A stretch of 64,000 nt of DNA, from assembly GCF_000150275.1 (NCBI RefSeq), contig NW_002060958.1, forward strand, positions 162,966-226,965, written 5' to 3'. The notes beneath the pieces are model-generated. The model worked only from the letters and a program-made list of their open reading frames with translations, searched no databases and was not told the origin of the DNA. Positions 27,101 to 40,853 of the stretch are shown one piece after another. A program made the translations under genes and the position numbers. This stretch comes from Trichoplax adhaerens (taxonomy: Eukaryota > Animalia > Placozoa). The first letter of the stretch is position 1; each line of letters opens with the position of its first letter.

Positions 27101-30100
27101 AAGAGTTTTTCCTCTATTTCTAAAACCTCTTGCCTAAGGAAAAATAATGTTAGCTTATTTTGCAATATAAATGATAACGTAATAAATGATCATCTGTAAT
27201 ATGTCAAGTAATTAATGATAAATATGAAAAGTGCGAACAAAAATTTCATCATATCATTATTTTGTGCAATTTTAGATCTGAATAGAATTAAGTTTTCGAA
27301 GTAGTAGCTAAATAATGAAATAGGTCGTGCACCTCATGGTCTTTTGTTCGTTCAAAGTATTAACCAGCTGTCTCTTTAGCCTTTCAAATTCCAATAACTT
27401 TCTGCTCTCTACCTGATTTGACCGTTTATCAGGTTGGTTTTCATCTCCTATAAAAAGGAAGATAATAGTTTAGAGAAACTAACATTCGATACTTAGCAAT
27501 AATCTATTCATTTTGAAATTTAGTTTCTATAGCAACTAATATTATGGACGATTGTTCATCACTACAATACTTAGAATTTCTCTCAGGTATTATTGCACTA
27601 TTTTTTAGATAAAATAAAAAGGTAAAAGATTATGCTAATATTAATTATGTATCTTTACCGGTTAAAAGTTTAAGTAGATACCTAAAGCTCTAAAACATTC
27701 TATCATAAGGTCATCTGTATTAGGATGAAATACTTTCTCTTGCTTCTAATGATAAGAGCACAGTATTCTAATTATGTTGAAAATAAGGAGCATTTAATCC
27801 TAAAGGAATGGTTTCCATAACAACGTTTGCAAATTCCAGTAATTAGAATTACAACCAGTGTGTGAAAAAAATCTGCTGGTGGTCATCTGAATTGAAAATA
27901 TGCTTCTTTGTTTTCTAATACTAAGTAGTCCTAATGACAGTAGATCGTGCATGGAATAATGATCTATAACTTATTTCTGCATATAAATTCATAAATCAAA
28001 TTTATAATACTTGCTTTATAAGGTATCATGAAGTATAGCATACGTAGAAAGCAATAACAGTCGCTAAACATCCGAGTGAGTATGTCAATAGTTAAAGCAG
28101 CGGATACGTCATGATAAATAATTAATGATCAATATTTGTATTATTATAATAACAAAATATTACAATATAAAGATATGAGTTTGAATCGACATGATTAAAT
28201 TTTAAATTAATCGAGAATCTAAATATCCCCTAAATTGATTGCCAAATTAACTACCTGATTGTATAAGAGGATGATCGGTCGATTCATAATCATGAAGTTT
28301 TGTCTCTAATCTAGTAATTTCTTGTCTTAAATCGTCAACAATTTGACCATACTCTGCAATGTGTTGTGCGACATCGTATTTATTCGTCTTAGCACGAATT
28401 TGTATATTCTTGGCTCGGTGGGCGTAAACTAATGTATTTCTTGATTCTTCAAAATGTTGATCAGTCGGATTGATATTAGCAATCATTACAGTATGACAAT
28501 TACCACCTAGTGAGTCCTAGAAAGTTATATATATTCTTTCAAATCAAGCTAATAACATTATTTTTTAAATTATAGATACCAAATCAAATTCAAATATTTC
28601 CTGATTGATAAGATAACCTCAGGTGATTATCAGATTATTTTATCGTAATAAAAATCGCTGCTATCGAAAGAACTTTAAATTCAAAGTATAATAACTTTTA
28701 TAATTTATACACACCAGATGTTCCTATTTCAATATATTAATGCAAAATAATGACAGTGTCAATCATATCTAAAATATTTCATTATATTTCTACTAATTGT
28801 TAAATCCCTTTTAAATTTTGCGATTAAGCGAATAAAAGCATTAGCCTGCCGAGAATCACTTTAAAAAATATTCGTATTATTGTAAAACGCGATTTTGCAA
28901 GTATACTTCTGTTTCATTTCAATACAAATAATCCAATATTTACTGTTACTGTAAATAGTTATAAATTTTAGCATCCAATTTAATAGTGTTATTGTTCAGA
29001 ATGAAAGCAGTAATAGCAGATGGTGCTATCGAAGAATTGCAACTATTCTATTACCTTGAGCAATCTTGTCAATTTACTGTCGCGATAATTAACATAATGT
29101 CCTCGATTTTCACCTATTATCCCATTTCCAAAGAAAATGATTAATTAAAGTAAAAATTTAAAACAGCAAATGCTATGTTCAGTATCTTTTTTTTTCATAG
29201 CAAACTTACTTAGAGCATTGATGCAGTTGCCTAAAGCTAGTAGAGATCGATTAATATGAGCACCTTCCATTAACCTTTTACCACGATTCTATAAGAAAAG
29301 ATTAAAAATGAAAGTAGAATTATTCTATTTTCCTTCGTGTTATAATCATATTCTCCTCCCTTCAATCTTTTACAGCATTCTCATCAATATACATATATGA
29401 TAGAGCAGGAGATCATAGACTGACGAATCGATAAAATTTCTTAGTAGCACTGTAATATTAATACTCCTCAAGTGAGATATTATTAAATTTATTCGTATTA
29501 TGATGAGAAGAGTTTACGTTTGTCATTTATAATGCGATATATTATTATGCAAAGTGAAATTCCCATAAGTTTTATTCGTATCGTAATAGCAACCCAGACC
29601 TCAATAGATTATAATTCAGCATTAAGTAGTATATCATCGATGGTAAGTGGAATTAGTCAGCTACTATCATAGCTAAAGATTTATCAAATTCTAATTTACA
29701 TGTTTAGATTTCACATTACAGAAAATCGCTTAGCTAGCATGTTTTCCGCTATTATTGCAAGCATAAGCCTAGCTATAAATGATATTCATTCTACTTTAAA
29801 TTAAGTCGATCACTAAAATAGAGGCTTCTATGCCTTCTTAGTTTAATTAGGCACCCTACTCTTTGATATGGTAAAATGATCGGCCGATTTGCTAATTGCA
29901 CATCTAGGTTCGTTTTCGTAATGTAAGTTTTTAATATGATATTATAGGTACTAAGATTATAAAGGTGTGAATACTGCCATCTATGAAAATAAGTAAATTA
30001 CTTTCTAGCAGATATCTATGATTTAATCTGTTATAGAAAGCGACTTATACAAGCATACTTTAGAATAAGCAGTTATAGCTAATTAAATATGCATTATTAA

Positions 30101-33100
30101 GTCAATGACATTATAAGCTATGGTAGCAAAGTACCGTAGCTGATGTCTCTTCCCTATATTAGCTTAGGACAAACATTAACCTACCGCTTCATGAATATTA
30201 CCATTATTAATCTCTAATTAATTAGACATTACTAAACCATTACTCTATAAACTGTGGTGGCAAAGTAGCTAATGTTTCTTCCCCTATACGATTTTAGATC
30301 GAAGATAACTGTAGACTTTATGAAAGTTACTGTTATTGATGGAAGTGATTTAAATAAAAATAGAACTATTTCGCTGTAAATAGAAGATTAGCAATTCTAC
30401 CTGGGTATTGGCAGCGCGTTCGGAACCAGCCAAATCAATCATAAATAATTTACCCACTTCCACTCTTTGTATTAGCTGTCGTAGTTTAGCCTCCTTTTCT
30501 ACAGTTACTTGCAATACCGCGTGGGACCTTGAAGAAGTTTTATTGGCGGCTGTGGGTTCGCAGGTTCTTTCCTCATTGCCTTTCAGTAATAATTTCTTAA
30601 CCTATTGCATGTATAGTATGAGTATGCTGCAAGCTAATACATACCATTAAAACTATTTTTGTGTACTATCCTTGGATCTTTATTCTTCTAAAGATCTGTA
30701 GGAATAGGAGTTCATAAATGACTAACTTACATCTCGTATAGAAGTTGTTTTAACTTCTGTTATTCCAGTTACAACTGCATTGCCTTTAGAATCTTCACGA
30801 AGTTCTAAATAACCTGCAGCGGGATTCAAAAGATCTCGAATGGTTTCATTATAAATCTGTAATGAAACCGCGTGGTCCAGTTAAGAATTTTCCAATTCAA
30901 ATCCAATAAAATAACGTGAAACAAATTTATTTTAAGACATTCCTTCTCTTCATCTCATTATTTCTTGGAGGTTAGACTTACTTCGATATAAGACATTTTA
31001 ACCCGATAATGCATTTCATTTTGGGTTATTTCCATTTGATGAAAGAGGTCTTGTAGAGTTAATATCATAATGCCAGGATTATCGTCCTTACCAACCATGG
31101 TATAAGTTTTACCAGCTCCAGTGGCTCCATAAGCAAAGACTGTAGCATTGAATCCAGCCAAAACACTCTTTATCAAAGGCTTTGTAGTACCTAAGAAAAC
31201 TTCTTTCTATATGATGAAAAATCAACAAAATGAATGAATGAAAGATGGCTGAAACTTGAAGTCTTAATATATAAAGACCCTTAATCAAAGCTGATACAAA
31301 ATTTAATGATAATTAGTGTTAATACAGTACTAGAAAAGTGCTCTATAATGCTGTATATATTTAGGTATTTCCACCTTCGATCAAATCCAATTTATGAGAT
31401 AAATTACAACCCCAGCTACCTTTATGTCAAGTTAAGTAGCACATTAGTAAGAGAGTGGAACTATTTTTCTCGCTTATGTATTATTATGATCACATTTAAG
31501 TCGATAAAAAATGAATAAACAGATGATCAAAAATACCATGGTAATAATATTTTTATTACATAGAAACCAATCCTTTTCCATACCGGTACTTAGTTTAATT
31601 TCTATGATAGCAAATATCTCATTAATTGATTGACAATAAAGGGAATATCGTACCTGTGTAGCTCCTTCATCGAATGCTGCATCATACATAAACTGTTTAC
31701 TTCGAGATCTTTTCGTTTTACCAACGAAAATAGGATCAATATCATCATGAGGATCATCGAGAGTAACAATCTGGTAATAGAAATTGACAATGAGCAGAAA
31801 GTCTATAAGATACCAATTGTAACTCATTGATAATATAATTTATGAAATGTATTTCTTCAGTATAAGTAATTTACTAATAAGTAGACCAATTAGATGGCTA
31901 TGCAAAGCGAATTAAAGAATGAGGCAAATTTGACTTACATTTCTATTTGCAACATAGGCAATCTTTTTATTATCGTTCAACTTCTCCTTAATAGGTCGAA
32001 GCCTGACAGCCACCTAAAGATATTTCAAAATGAGAAAATTAGTTGTAGAGATTTTACATTCAATCAAGCAATTCAACTGATGCAAGAGTTAAGAAGAAAG
32101 CTAAAGAAGGACATGACGTGCATAAAATCACATTGATCCTAGTAAACAACTTTTATTCAAACCTCTAAAGACTGAGCGAAAAGTAAAATACATTTCTCCA
32201 TATTTTAGGTCAAATTGATCTTAATTAAATATTATTAGAGTGATACCTTCAAGGAATAAATTTATAACGCAAAATTTTTCCTAGAAGTAAAATGTATTTA
32301 GACATTTAAGATCGCATCTAGTTCAATTATAGAAATAAAATCCTTTCAATACACTATAGTCTTATGGTAATTGCCAATAAAGTAAAAAGATATCTAAGTA
32401 AACTGCTTTTACTATCAGGAAAATCATCGTTTTGAATTTAAAGAAGACTATAGTATCTTTTCACTGCCGATGAAAGCAGTTCCTATGTTGCTAGCAATAT
32501 CACCCCATGGACTACTAAAGGGGAAGATTTTAGTAGCCCATGAGTAGACGTAATAACCTTCCAAAATAATCCGAATTTTATACTAAAGCAGAATATTTAT
32601 CATTTTCATTTCTTATTTGGTTCATTTTTAAAGAGTTAATGCAGATAGAGTTAGTCAGGGTCCACCACTAGTCGGCGCTATACGCTTATAGGATAATCTA
32701 AATCTTATATAGAGCAGATTATTTATCGTTTTCATTTCTCTTGGTTTGTTTTTAATACAGATAGAGTCTGTCATGGTCTACCATTAGTAGATGTAACATG
32801 CTTGTATTGGAACTTAATCGAAGCAGAGCACATATTTATCGTTTATATTTCTCTCAGTTCGTTTCAATATTGATAGAATTAGCTATATTCTATCGCTACA
32901 AATTAGATAGAAAAAAAAACTGAATTAGAGGCAATCTAAGTGAAAAATAAAGACGTGAGATGGCTCAACATAGCTAGACTAGTCATCAAATGCTAGGCTT
33001 TCGTGTCGATATTTGATTATCAACAGAATATTGTTTGCATAGTGTCTAAGGAAAGTCAGAGTTGCATCTGCTTATCCATGCCCACTACTGTTATCGATTA

Positions 33101-36100
33101 AGCAGCAGTTACTGATAGTTTGATTATTAGTGTATCAGCATGCCTGCTATGGCATCGAATTTACTGGAACTTTTTAGGCCTTATTTACAGTGCATGAGAC
33201 CTGTCAATGAGGAAATAACCGTCAAGAACTGAGAAAGGAAAGGATTATACTAGCTTAGCCTCGACCAATGTCAGCATATTCTGTCAAATGAGTAACTACT
33301 ATTGAATCAACAGTAGCAATCTAACACTGCAGTATTAAGGCTAGTAATCTCATCCATCCATAGCGAAACAGTAAAACGGCTCTTTAATCCCTATTTTAAA
33401 CCAATATTGCTACGTCATGAGGATTTGCTGCAGTCCATTTTAGCGCTAAGTAACAAAGGCAATCTACTTGGCAAGTCTATTATGGCCAACATTCAATAAA
33501 ATACAGATTAGGTTGGTCTATGAAACTTAAGTAACAATTGTAAGTTGAATAATAAAACGGTCAGCATGAGCTTTTCCATCGCTTTTGCAGCTAAACATTG
33601 ATACACGATAATTAGGGATGCTGATATATCTAATGTTTTGTGAATTTTTAGGAATGGTGAATGATCAAACTAAAAGGAAAATGGAAAATTTTAAATTCCA
33701 AATTGAATAGTATCGGCTCCCTTGCTTAGATATTTCCTGCATAAATTGAATTAAGAATTTAACAAGGGATTGTGAAAAAATTGGGCATTTTCAATGACCA
33801 TCTATCTCTTGTCTAATACTGGAGATGATAAATAGGAAAATTCCGAAGTTTTGATCATTTAAACTTAGATATACTGTAGATGCTATTATAAATCATTTCT
33901 CTCTTTGGATTAAATATTCATAGGCCATCTATTAATTTAGGCTAAAGAAAAGCACCGGTATCATTAAACCCATTTTATTAAAATATAAATTTAGGTGTTA
34001 ATGTAAGCGTATTCCTAGTANNNNNNNNNNNNNNNNNNNNNNNNNNNNNNNNNNNNNNNNNNNNNNNNNNATTACACTGGCTGAAATAGATCAATTCCAG
34101 GAATTTAGTAGCTTCGATTCCAATACTAATTTTTAATCTTTTAAATAATCAGCTTAGAATTGTATTCATTCAATAACGATAGAAATCAAATTTTAAATAT
34201 CGGATAGCGTAACCAAATCATTTCTAAGTAGTCAGCAGTGATTTCAGTGAATTTCAGACAAGAAAGAAAACTTTTCAACTACAAACTAGGGGACAAGAAT
34301 TTCAAGTATTGGATAGCCTAGAATAAGATGTTGCTTTGCAGATATTCAATTTAATATTACTTAATGTGCCCTTTCCAATTTCTCCCTGAATAAAAATCGA
34401 AGCGGTCGGGTAGAAGAGTCGCCTGAGAAAATTTCTTAGATGTCGATTAGTATGCATGATAGTGAAAGATTGTTCAGTCAAATATGGCAATGATTGCCTT
34501 TTCGCTATCACTAATGAATCAGTACATTATCCAATTCAATAAAATAAAATGCAGCACACGATCATTACTATATACTGAACATTTCAACTTGATGAACTAC
34601 CGTCATCATTCCGTTAATAAAGTATTCGTTTTCGTTGAATATATTACAATGAGATAATTAAACTGATCTATTCTAAAATTTATTTCTCTTCAGTTAATGA
34701 TGCGTGACATTACTGGAATGTTAATGGCTATTTGATGCCAAATAGAAATTTTCACAAGAATTGAATACTGATGCATTATTCGGCTTCGTAATTGGTGTAA
34801 AGGAACGAAAGCAACAATCTTACTCCTACGCTCTCTGTTAATTAACATGCTGGTATAGAAAGACCTATTTTTCATTTTTATTTGACTAGTCTTTTACCTA
34901 TGTAAGCAACAACCTTCATCCTATTATCAATCTACAAATCTATTTTATCATTGATGGTATACAAAGTAGACATAAGAAAAATTGATCGACAAATTGTTTC
35001 CTTTAAGTCAAGCATAAATGTCTCTTAAATAAAGTTTTAGTCTAGAAATATCTCAATCTTTTTCCCTTGTTAACGTTAGCTTCAATAATAGCCTATTCAC
35101 AATTTACGTTTCCAAACTTACTAACTTGATCAGTTAATTAAATAGGAATGAGCTCTTCACCTATTTGCAATGAAAACAAGGGAAAACAGCACAGCTGTTT
35201 CTTAATTTAAACGGTAACGCTAGAGATATCCCAGACATCCACCGAAGTTAAAGATATTTTCGATTTTAATACTATAAGTGTTATTATGTTCTCGTAATTT
35301 ATATTTTTTTATCCATTAAATCGATCGATTGATTCTATTGGAAGAACTTATTTATAAGAAAAGAATAATTCAAAATTCGGACTTTAGAATTAAAAGTCTA
35401 TACTACTCAGAGATGGATGTAGTAGAGTAAAAACATACCACATCCATCATTAAGATAAAATGGATATTGACCTAGATAGGGGTCTTGAATCTGTCTCTGC
35501 AAATAGAGTTATATCAATGCCTTACCCTTATACAGTTATCATTATTGGGCAGGTGTGCTTATACTGATAGCAAGTCTTAAATGATTTTTTAATTTGCTTT
35601 GCATTAATGATGATACGTGTATTGATATTATTCATTGGGTAAACCGGTTTATCATGAACGAATAATCTTGGTCTACGAAAACGATTACTAAGCGGAATCT
35701 GAAAATAAAGAGCAAATTAAATCAACATTATCGCAATTTTAAGCTAATTTTTACGACTAGATTACTGTATTAGTTAATGATCTTGCCTAATTCTTGAAAG
35801 GAGCAAAATATTTATTTGAACACGTTAAAATAGTTGAAATGTATTTAGCTGCAATACCTGCTAAGATGGAAGAATTCAAGTTTCCTCTTAACTTAGAATG
35901 AAAAGTAACATGGCTATTGCTTCTAGCAGTATATCTTTAAGCTGGAAATGAGTTAGTACCAATTAATTCAAAAAGAAAACCACTATTTAATCCGTTTCAT
36001 AGTATTGGTCTTTTCATTAGCTATTCTATGCTTATTAAAGACGTAAGATTGAGTAGAAATGAATGCTGATTCGCTGTCTGAAGTAATATGAATTATAGTC

Positions 36101-37657
36101 TTCTATGTAAGTTAAGCCAGCACTATCACAATTTATAGCTAATCTCTACAACTAGATTACTGCATTCATGATCTTGCCTAAATCGTCAAGGAAACAAACA
36201 TTTATTTTAATGCGTTAAAATTCCTGGGCCGTATTTAGTCTGCGTTGCCGGGCTAAGAAGAAATAATCATTTTTTTTCTCTTTACTTAGAAAGGATAATG
36301 ACGTCGCTGTTGCTTCTAATAGCCCATCTTTGAACTGAGAATGGGTTAGTAACAACTATTCAAGAGAGAAAACGGATATTTGATATGTTTCGTAGCATTG
36401 ATCTCTTGGTAAACATTTATATGCTTATGTAACACGCTGGATCAAGTGAAAAACGAATACAATTCGCTGTCTAAAAGTAATATGGCTTGTGGCCTGCTGA
36501 TGTACATATGAGAAGCATGACAACAACAATTTTCATAGTAATGAAAATCATGTAGCAAGAGGAAATAGAGTTTCCTAATAACAGTACTTTAGAACCAGAA
36601 GGAAATACTTCACTAGATAAAATGGAACCGTAGTTCATTCTCATCTTTTCCAGCAAATCAAAACGTTATTGACCTTTCTTAAGCATTACTCATATCTCAT
36701 ATATAGTCGGTTAGAAAGAATAGGCAAGATTATATGGCAAGTAGGCCTTCTCTTAAGGTAACAGTGTCAAGATAATCTGTATGAGAACTGAAGTAGAATA
36801 CGAAATGTCAGTTTTAATCCTAGGTGGAAAGGATATTCGCTCATACTCTGTCGATATAACAACTACAATTACATTAAAAGATGCCATAAAAGTAATAAAT
36901 CTATCTAGTCATTATAATAAGCAAGTTTCATCAATTAGTAATAGCAATAATCTTAATTTTGTGACAATGAAGAGATCGAAAGCAATTATGGTATTGATGA
37001 ACAGATTTATGAGAAATAACTCTAGTAACACTTGTTATAATACTAGGACTGTAGAAGGTCCTTTTTAATTCAAAATCAATTGCCTCATGAGAGCTTTAAA
37101 TGATTATATGTTATCAGATAACGAATAAATTATAACGACAATAAGGGTATTAAAAATGAAAATAGCGTCCTCCAATGCTCAAAAGTGAACGTTCGAGCAG
37201 TAACAATCATAGAGTCAACAAGTCCAAACTGCCCAATTTCGCATTAATATTGATTCTTATTTTTACGTTTATAACCAAATCAATGCGGCGAATGATATCA
37301 AGTTATGAAGATGGTGCTACTGTAACCATAAAACAAGATCAGACTGGCCAAAGACTAATCGATTCTTACGGTAAAGGATATTAGCAATACATCATCACAA
37401 AATAAAATAATTGGAAAATTAGCAATTTTACAAGTCATGCTTGGCCGTATAGGCATGAAAGAAAAAATTTGTCCAATCTTAACTATATCGCACTGTAGTG
37501 CTTGGGTTTTACAGCTACTTTAATTACTACTGTAAAATAGCTGAAACTATTACATGTACTCATTCGAAACTATCAGTCGGAAACTTACCAAGAGACGATC
37601 CTTAGTTTTTCCATCACCTTCTTTACGCGGACGACGATGATGACTTTTAGTAGGCAT
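24179..37657 (-). CDS. KIF19: Kinesin-8 family motor, KIF19-like (multi-exon; last exon uncertain, stop at ~24179 or ~24279)
   Basis: Exon 1 at 37589-37657 (MPTKSHHRRPRKEGDGKTKDRLL, GTAAG donor), then 31939-32013 (VAVRLRP), ~31654-31770 (RSRSKQFMYDAAFD), ~30982-31207 (GFNATVFAYGATGAGKTYTM P-loop), ~30731-30856 (IYNETIRDLL), ~30401-30601 (NKTSSRSHAVLQ; LFMIDLAGSERA), ~29210-29288 (EGAHINRSLLALGNCINAL), ~29054-29112 (VNYRDSKLTRLLK) and ~28255-28516 (DSLGGNCHTVMIA..TLVYAHRAKNI). Coiled-coil/tail exons follow at ~27.4-24.6 kb. Confidence 0.9.
30110..30340. repeat. Two-copy intronic direct repeat (~135 bp period)
   Basis: TATAAGCTATGGTAGCAAAGT..TCTTCCCTATA versus TATAAACTGTGGTGGCAAAGT..TCTTCCCCTATA. 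Confidence 0.65.
32586..32900. repeat. Three-copy diverged tandem repeat (~110-125 bp) in kinesin intron 1
   Basis: AGCAGA..TATTTATC(A/G)TTT..ATTTCT..GATAGA recurs at ~32587, ~32712 and ~32822. Confidence 0.75.
34021..34070. other. Assembly gap (50 N)
   Basis: Run of Ns inside kinesin intron 1; the true intron length is unknown. Confidence 0.99.
35757..36485. repeat. Diverged tandem duplication (~395 bp period) in kinesin intron 1
   Basis: CTAGATTACTG..ATGATCTTGCCTAA..ATTCGCTGTCT..AAGTAATATG occurs at ~35757-36092 and ~36152-36485. Confidence 0.8.
36471..37030 (-). pseudogene. Possible decayed rhodopsin-like GPCR inside kinesin intron 1
   Basis: One stop-interrupted hydrophobic frame: NLFINTIIAFDLFIV..CLL**LDRFITFMASFNVIVVVISTEYERISFPPR..SVLIQIILTLLP..P..ISSCYMIF..KIVVVMLLIC. 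The pattern resembles TM2/TM3 (C..LD..AS.N..VIS..Y..I..P). Confidence 0.3.
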
Positions 37658-40080
37658 GATTGCAGATCGTTGTAGTAAACTGAATTTTACGAAAACGTTA
37701 TCCTATATCCCATATTGGAAGGTATTTAAAGTCCAAACTAATTTTATATTTTACTGTATAATCTCGGACAAGAAAAATTCTTGCTGTTAGACTCAATCAA
37801 CTGTTACTGGCATGATAGTCAGTTATTTAAAGTTTAGTAACAGGTTTATCGATCCATTCCAAAATCTTTGCATTCAATATTGTGGCTTCAGGACGATAGG
37901 ATCAATAAGAAATCCTCTAGAAAGAATGAAAATGAATTATCAATATTAATAATGCCATCCTTTCTAAAAAGTTAGAGATAATCATCCAATGTTAGAAAGG
38001 TAACAACAGCATTGCCGCCGGCTATAACTCAGTAACTATTTTGGATTTGTCAAATCAATAACATCCTATATACTCGTACTTGTATTACCTTCTAGTAGCC
38101 TAATGGGCAACTAACGCAAACAAAATTCTTAGCAAGATATCGTATTAATAATAACGTTAAACACTTTAAAACATTTTTTTAATATTAACAAGCAGCATAA
38201 ATCATAGCAAGTATTTGAAATCTAGCATTACTTATCAGTTTCAAAAATTTGAACACAATATCATAAATTTTGTGCGGTTATCTAGGAATTCTTTTCCTAT
38301 TAAGCTGTTATGGTTATGAGTCATAAGGGTGAAGATAGATTTTTTATCGAGATTTCTATTCTTATACTACTCTCCCTCCCACTTTGCATCGTCTCTTGCC
38401 AGTGTGTAATGGCCGAGTAATAGTCTTTTACTATTCGTGTTATCATCATTATTAAGGCTACACGTCAGGAATTAATATGATCATTCCCACGATAGGTAGA
38501 CTAGTTAGCGAGAAGTATAATGAAACAGTGGTGGAACCAAGTCAGAGTAAACTAATCCTGTAATAACCCAATGGATGTGATCATAACACTGATGCTAATA
38601 AAATCAATCTTTTAACATCAATTTAACTATTCCATTACCAATTTTAAGTATATCATTTTATAGCCGTTTTCAATGGTAGGAAATAATCTCATTCCTGAAT
38701 ATCATTCTATTGATCAAGCTCTGTTCCCTTAAGTCAAATAAGTACCGGTAAGAAAAAGAAAATCATGAAAATATAGGACATCAATTGGATGGAAAGAAAA
38801 GATCTAAACTCTCTATGGCTTCTTTTATGTTATCTGACAACGGTGCACTTTCATCATCCACTGAATGGTGTGATGGACTAAAAATAAAATGCTATGGTTA
38901 CCTCACAATGTCTGGTATAACTGTAGTTTGAGTCTTAGAGAAGGCGATTGGGTAGGAAATATTATAAGATACATAAAATCAATTCAATAAGACGGCATGA
39001 TAAAATAAATGTCTTTCCAATTTACTGTAGAGCGGAGTCATTTAAATTTTTTGTTGTTTGTATTTACCTCAAGAGCGATCTATCCAGCCAAGTTGTCTAT
39101 TTCTATTCAAAGTTATGTTGTAATAAAATTATCTACAAGAAATAGTTTGTAGCCTAAGGATAAAATCATCCACTAAGTAAAATGAATCAATTTCGATTTA
39201 GTTATTCCTTCTTATACGCTGATCTGGAATAGATTGATTGTAAAAATAATTCTTCTATGCTTTCTTTTTACTTGGCTATTATTATTCTTATCCTTTCTTA
39301 TGTTGACTTTCAAACCAGTATATATTTCCCCTTTAATCGTGGAATTAATGATTGTTATCGATATGAAAAGATAAAGTATATGGAGATCAAATACAAACGG
39401 GAACAATAACAACAATCCCCAAGATGGGAGTATTGTCAGTAGAAATTAGGAGGAATAGAATTACGAGCATCATTATCGCAGCAAACGATGGCTGTCATCA
39501 TGGCTATGAACAATCTATAGACTGGAAAGGGAGGAGTAAAGTACAATCGATAGAAAAAGAAAAAAGAATTTATTATGACGATCAGAGAAATAGCAATTCA
39601 ATCTATTGTAGATATATAAAAGACAAATAAATTAAAAATGAAGTCAATGGACTATATTTTGGACAAGCTATTTTCACATCTGGTCAAGAATAAATTATGT
39701 TGTCCTCCCGAAGAAGTAATTGTAGTAGAAGCCAATCAAATGATAAATAATCGTGTAACATTTTGTGCAATATTCATATTTTAATAAGGACTACATCATC
39801 TAATTTCAAAGATTTTAAAACTCTATTGCATTGTCTAATAACTAGTAGACTAGCATTAAAATAATAAGTCAGTCAGCAATTCCTTATAAAGCATAACAGC
39901 CATATTTCTATCAACAGATGCCAAACGGTTGGTAAGAACAATTCTATCAACATTTTTCTTTTATCGCATAATTCATTTTTTACTCTTTGCTCCCCCTGTT
40001 CAACCCATCTGGAAATGATACTCCATACCGTAACAAATAGTTGCTATAAATATCTATCAATAACAAAATCAATATCTACT

Positions 40081-40853
40081 CTTTCAATGATCGATCAACA
40101 ACGAATAGCCAAACAGACATTACTATCATATCCAAATAGTCTTCATTGATTCGTGAATTTATTTACAGGTCACAATGGATCAAATGTTTACTATGCCTAG
40201 TCGTTAGGATATTCCAATTGATCAAAATATATCGTACAAAACGCAACAATATTATCACTAAGATCTATTCCTTGTCAATTAACTAGCGAATATGTATTTA
40301 GATTGTGATAACCTCTCTTGGGTAATATCACTATTTTGGATACCTTCTGTATTACTATAGAGTCTGTATTTACCGATCAAGAGCAGTGCCGATATTAGAT
40401 GTGATAATATCATTCGTTCTCTTAATTAGCTATCTAAATTAGAATAAATTTGGTGTAATGCTTCCCATCTTTCATCGACTCTTTGAATGATCGATCAACA
40501 ACGATTAAGCAAACAGATATCACTATCAAAACCAAACAGTTTCTATTCTCTACAGGTCACAATGGATCAAATGTTTACCCTCCCCAGTCGTTAGGATATT
40601 TCAATTAATTAGAAAATATCGTACACAACGTAGTAACAACATCACCGTAGTCTATTCTTAGCCTGTTAGCTAGCTAGTCTGTATTTAAGTTGTAAAAACT
40701 AATCTGGGATAATATCACTAGTTTGATAGTCTCTGTATTCCTATATGTTCTGTAGTTATTAATCAAAAGCAGTACCGATAGCAGATTAGACAATATCATT
40801 CATTTCTTAATTGGCTACGTAAATTAGAGTAAATTTGGGTAATGCTTCTCATC
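40081..40853. repeat. Tandem duplication (~400 bp unit, 2 copies)
   Basis: AATGATCGATCAACAACGA..ACAGGTCACAATGGATCAAATGTTTAC..AGTCGTTAGGATATT..GTAATGCTTC occurs at ~40086-40470 and ~40486-40853. Confidence 0.88.

Noticed and set aside
30408-32136. Plus-strand ORFs over kinesin exons (30408, 31306, 31630, 31894)
   Set aside because: Antisense to kinesin motor exons or introns; no independent evidence.
38095-38112. RFX X-box-like GTAGCC..GGCAAC upstream of the kinesin
   Set aside because: The 5-nt spacer exceeds the 0-3 nt consensus.
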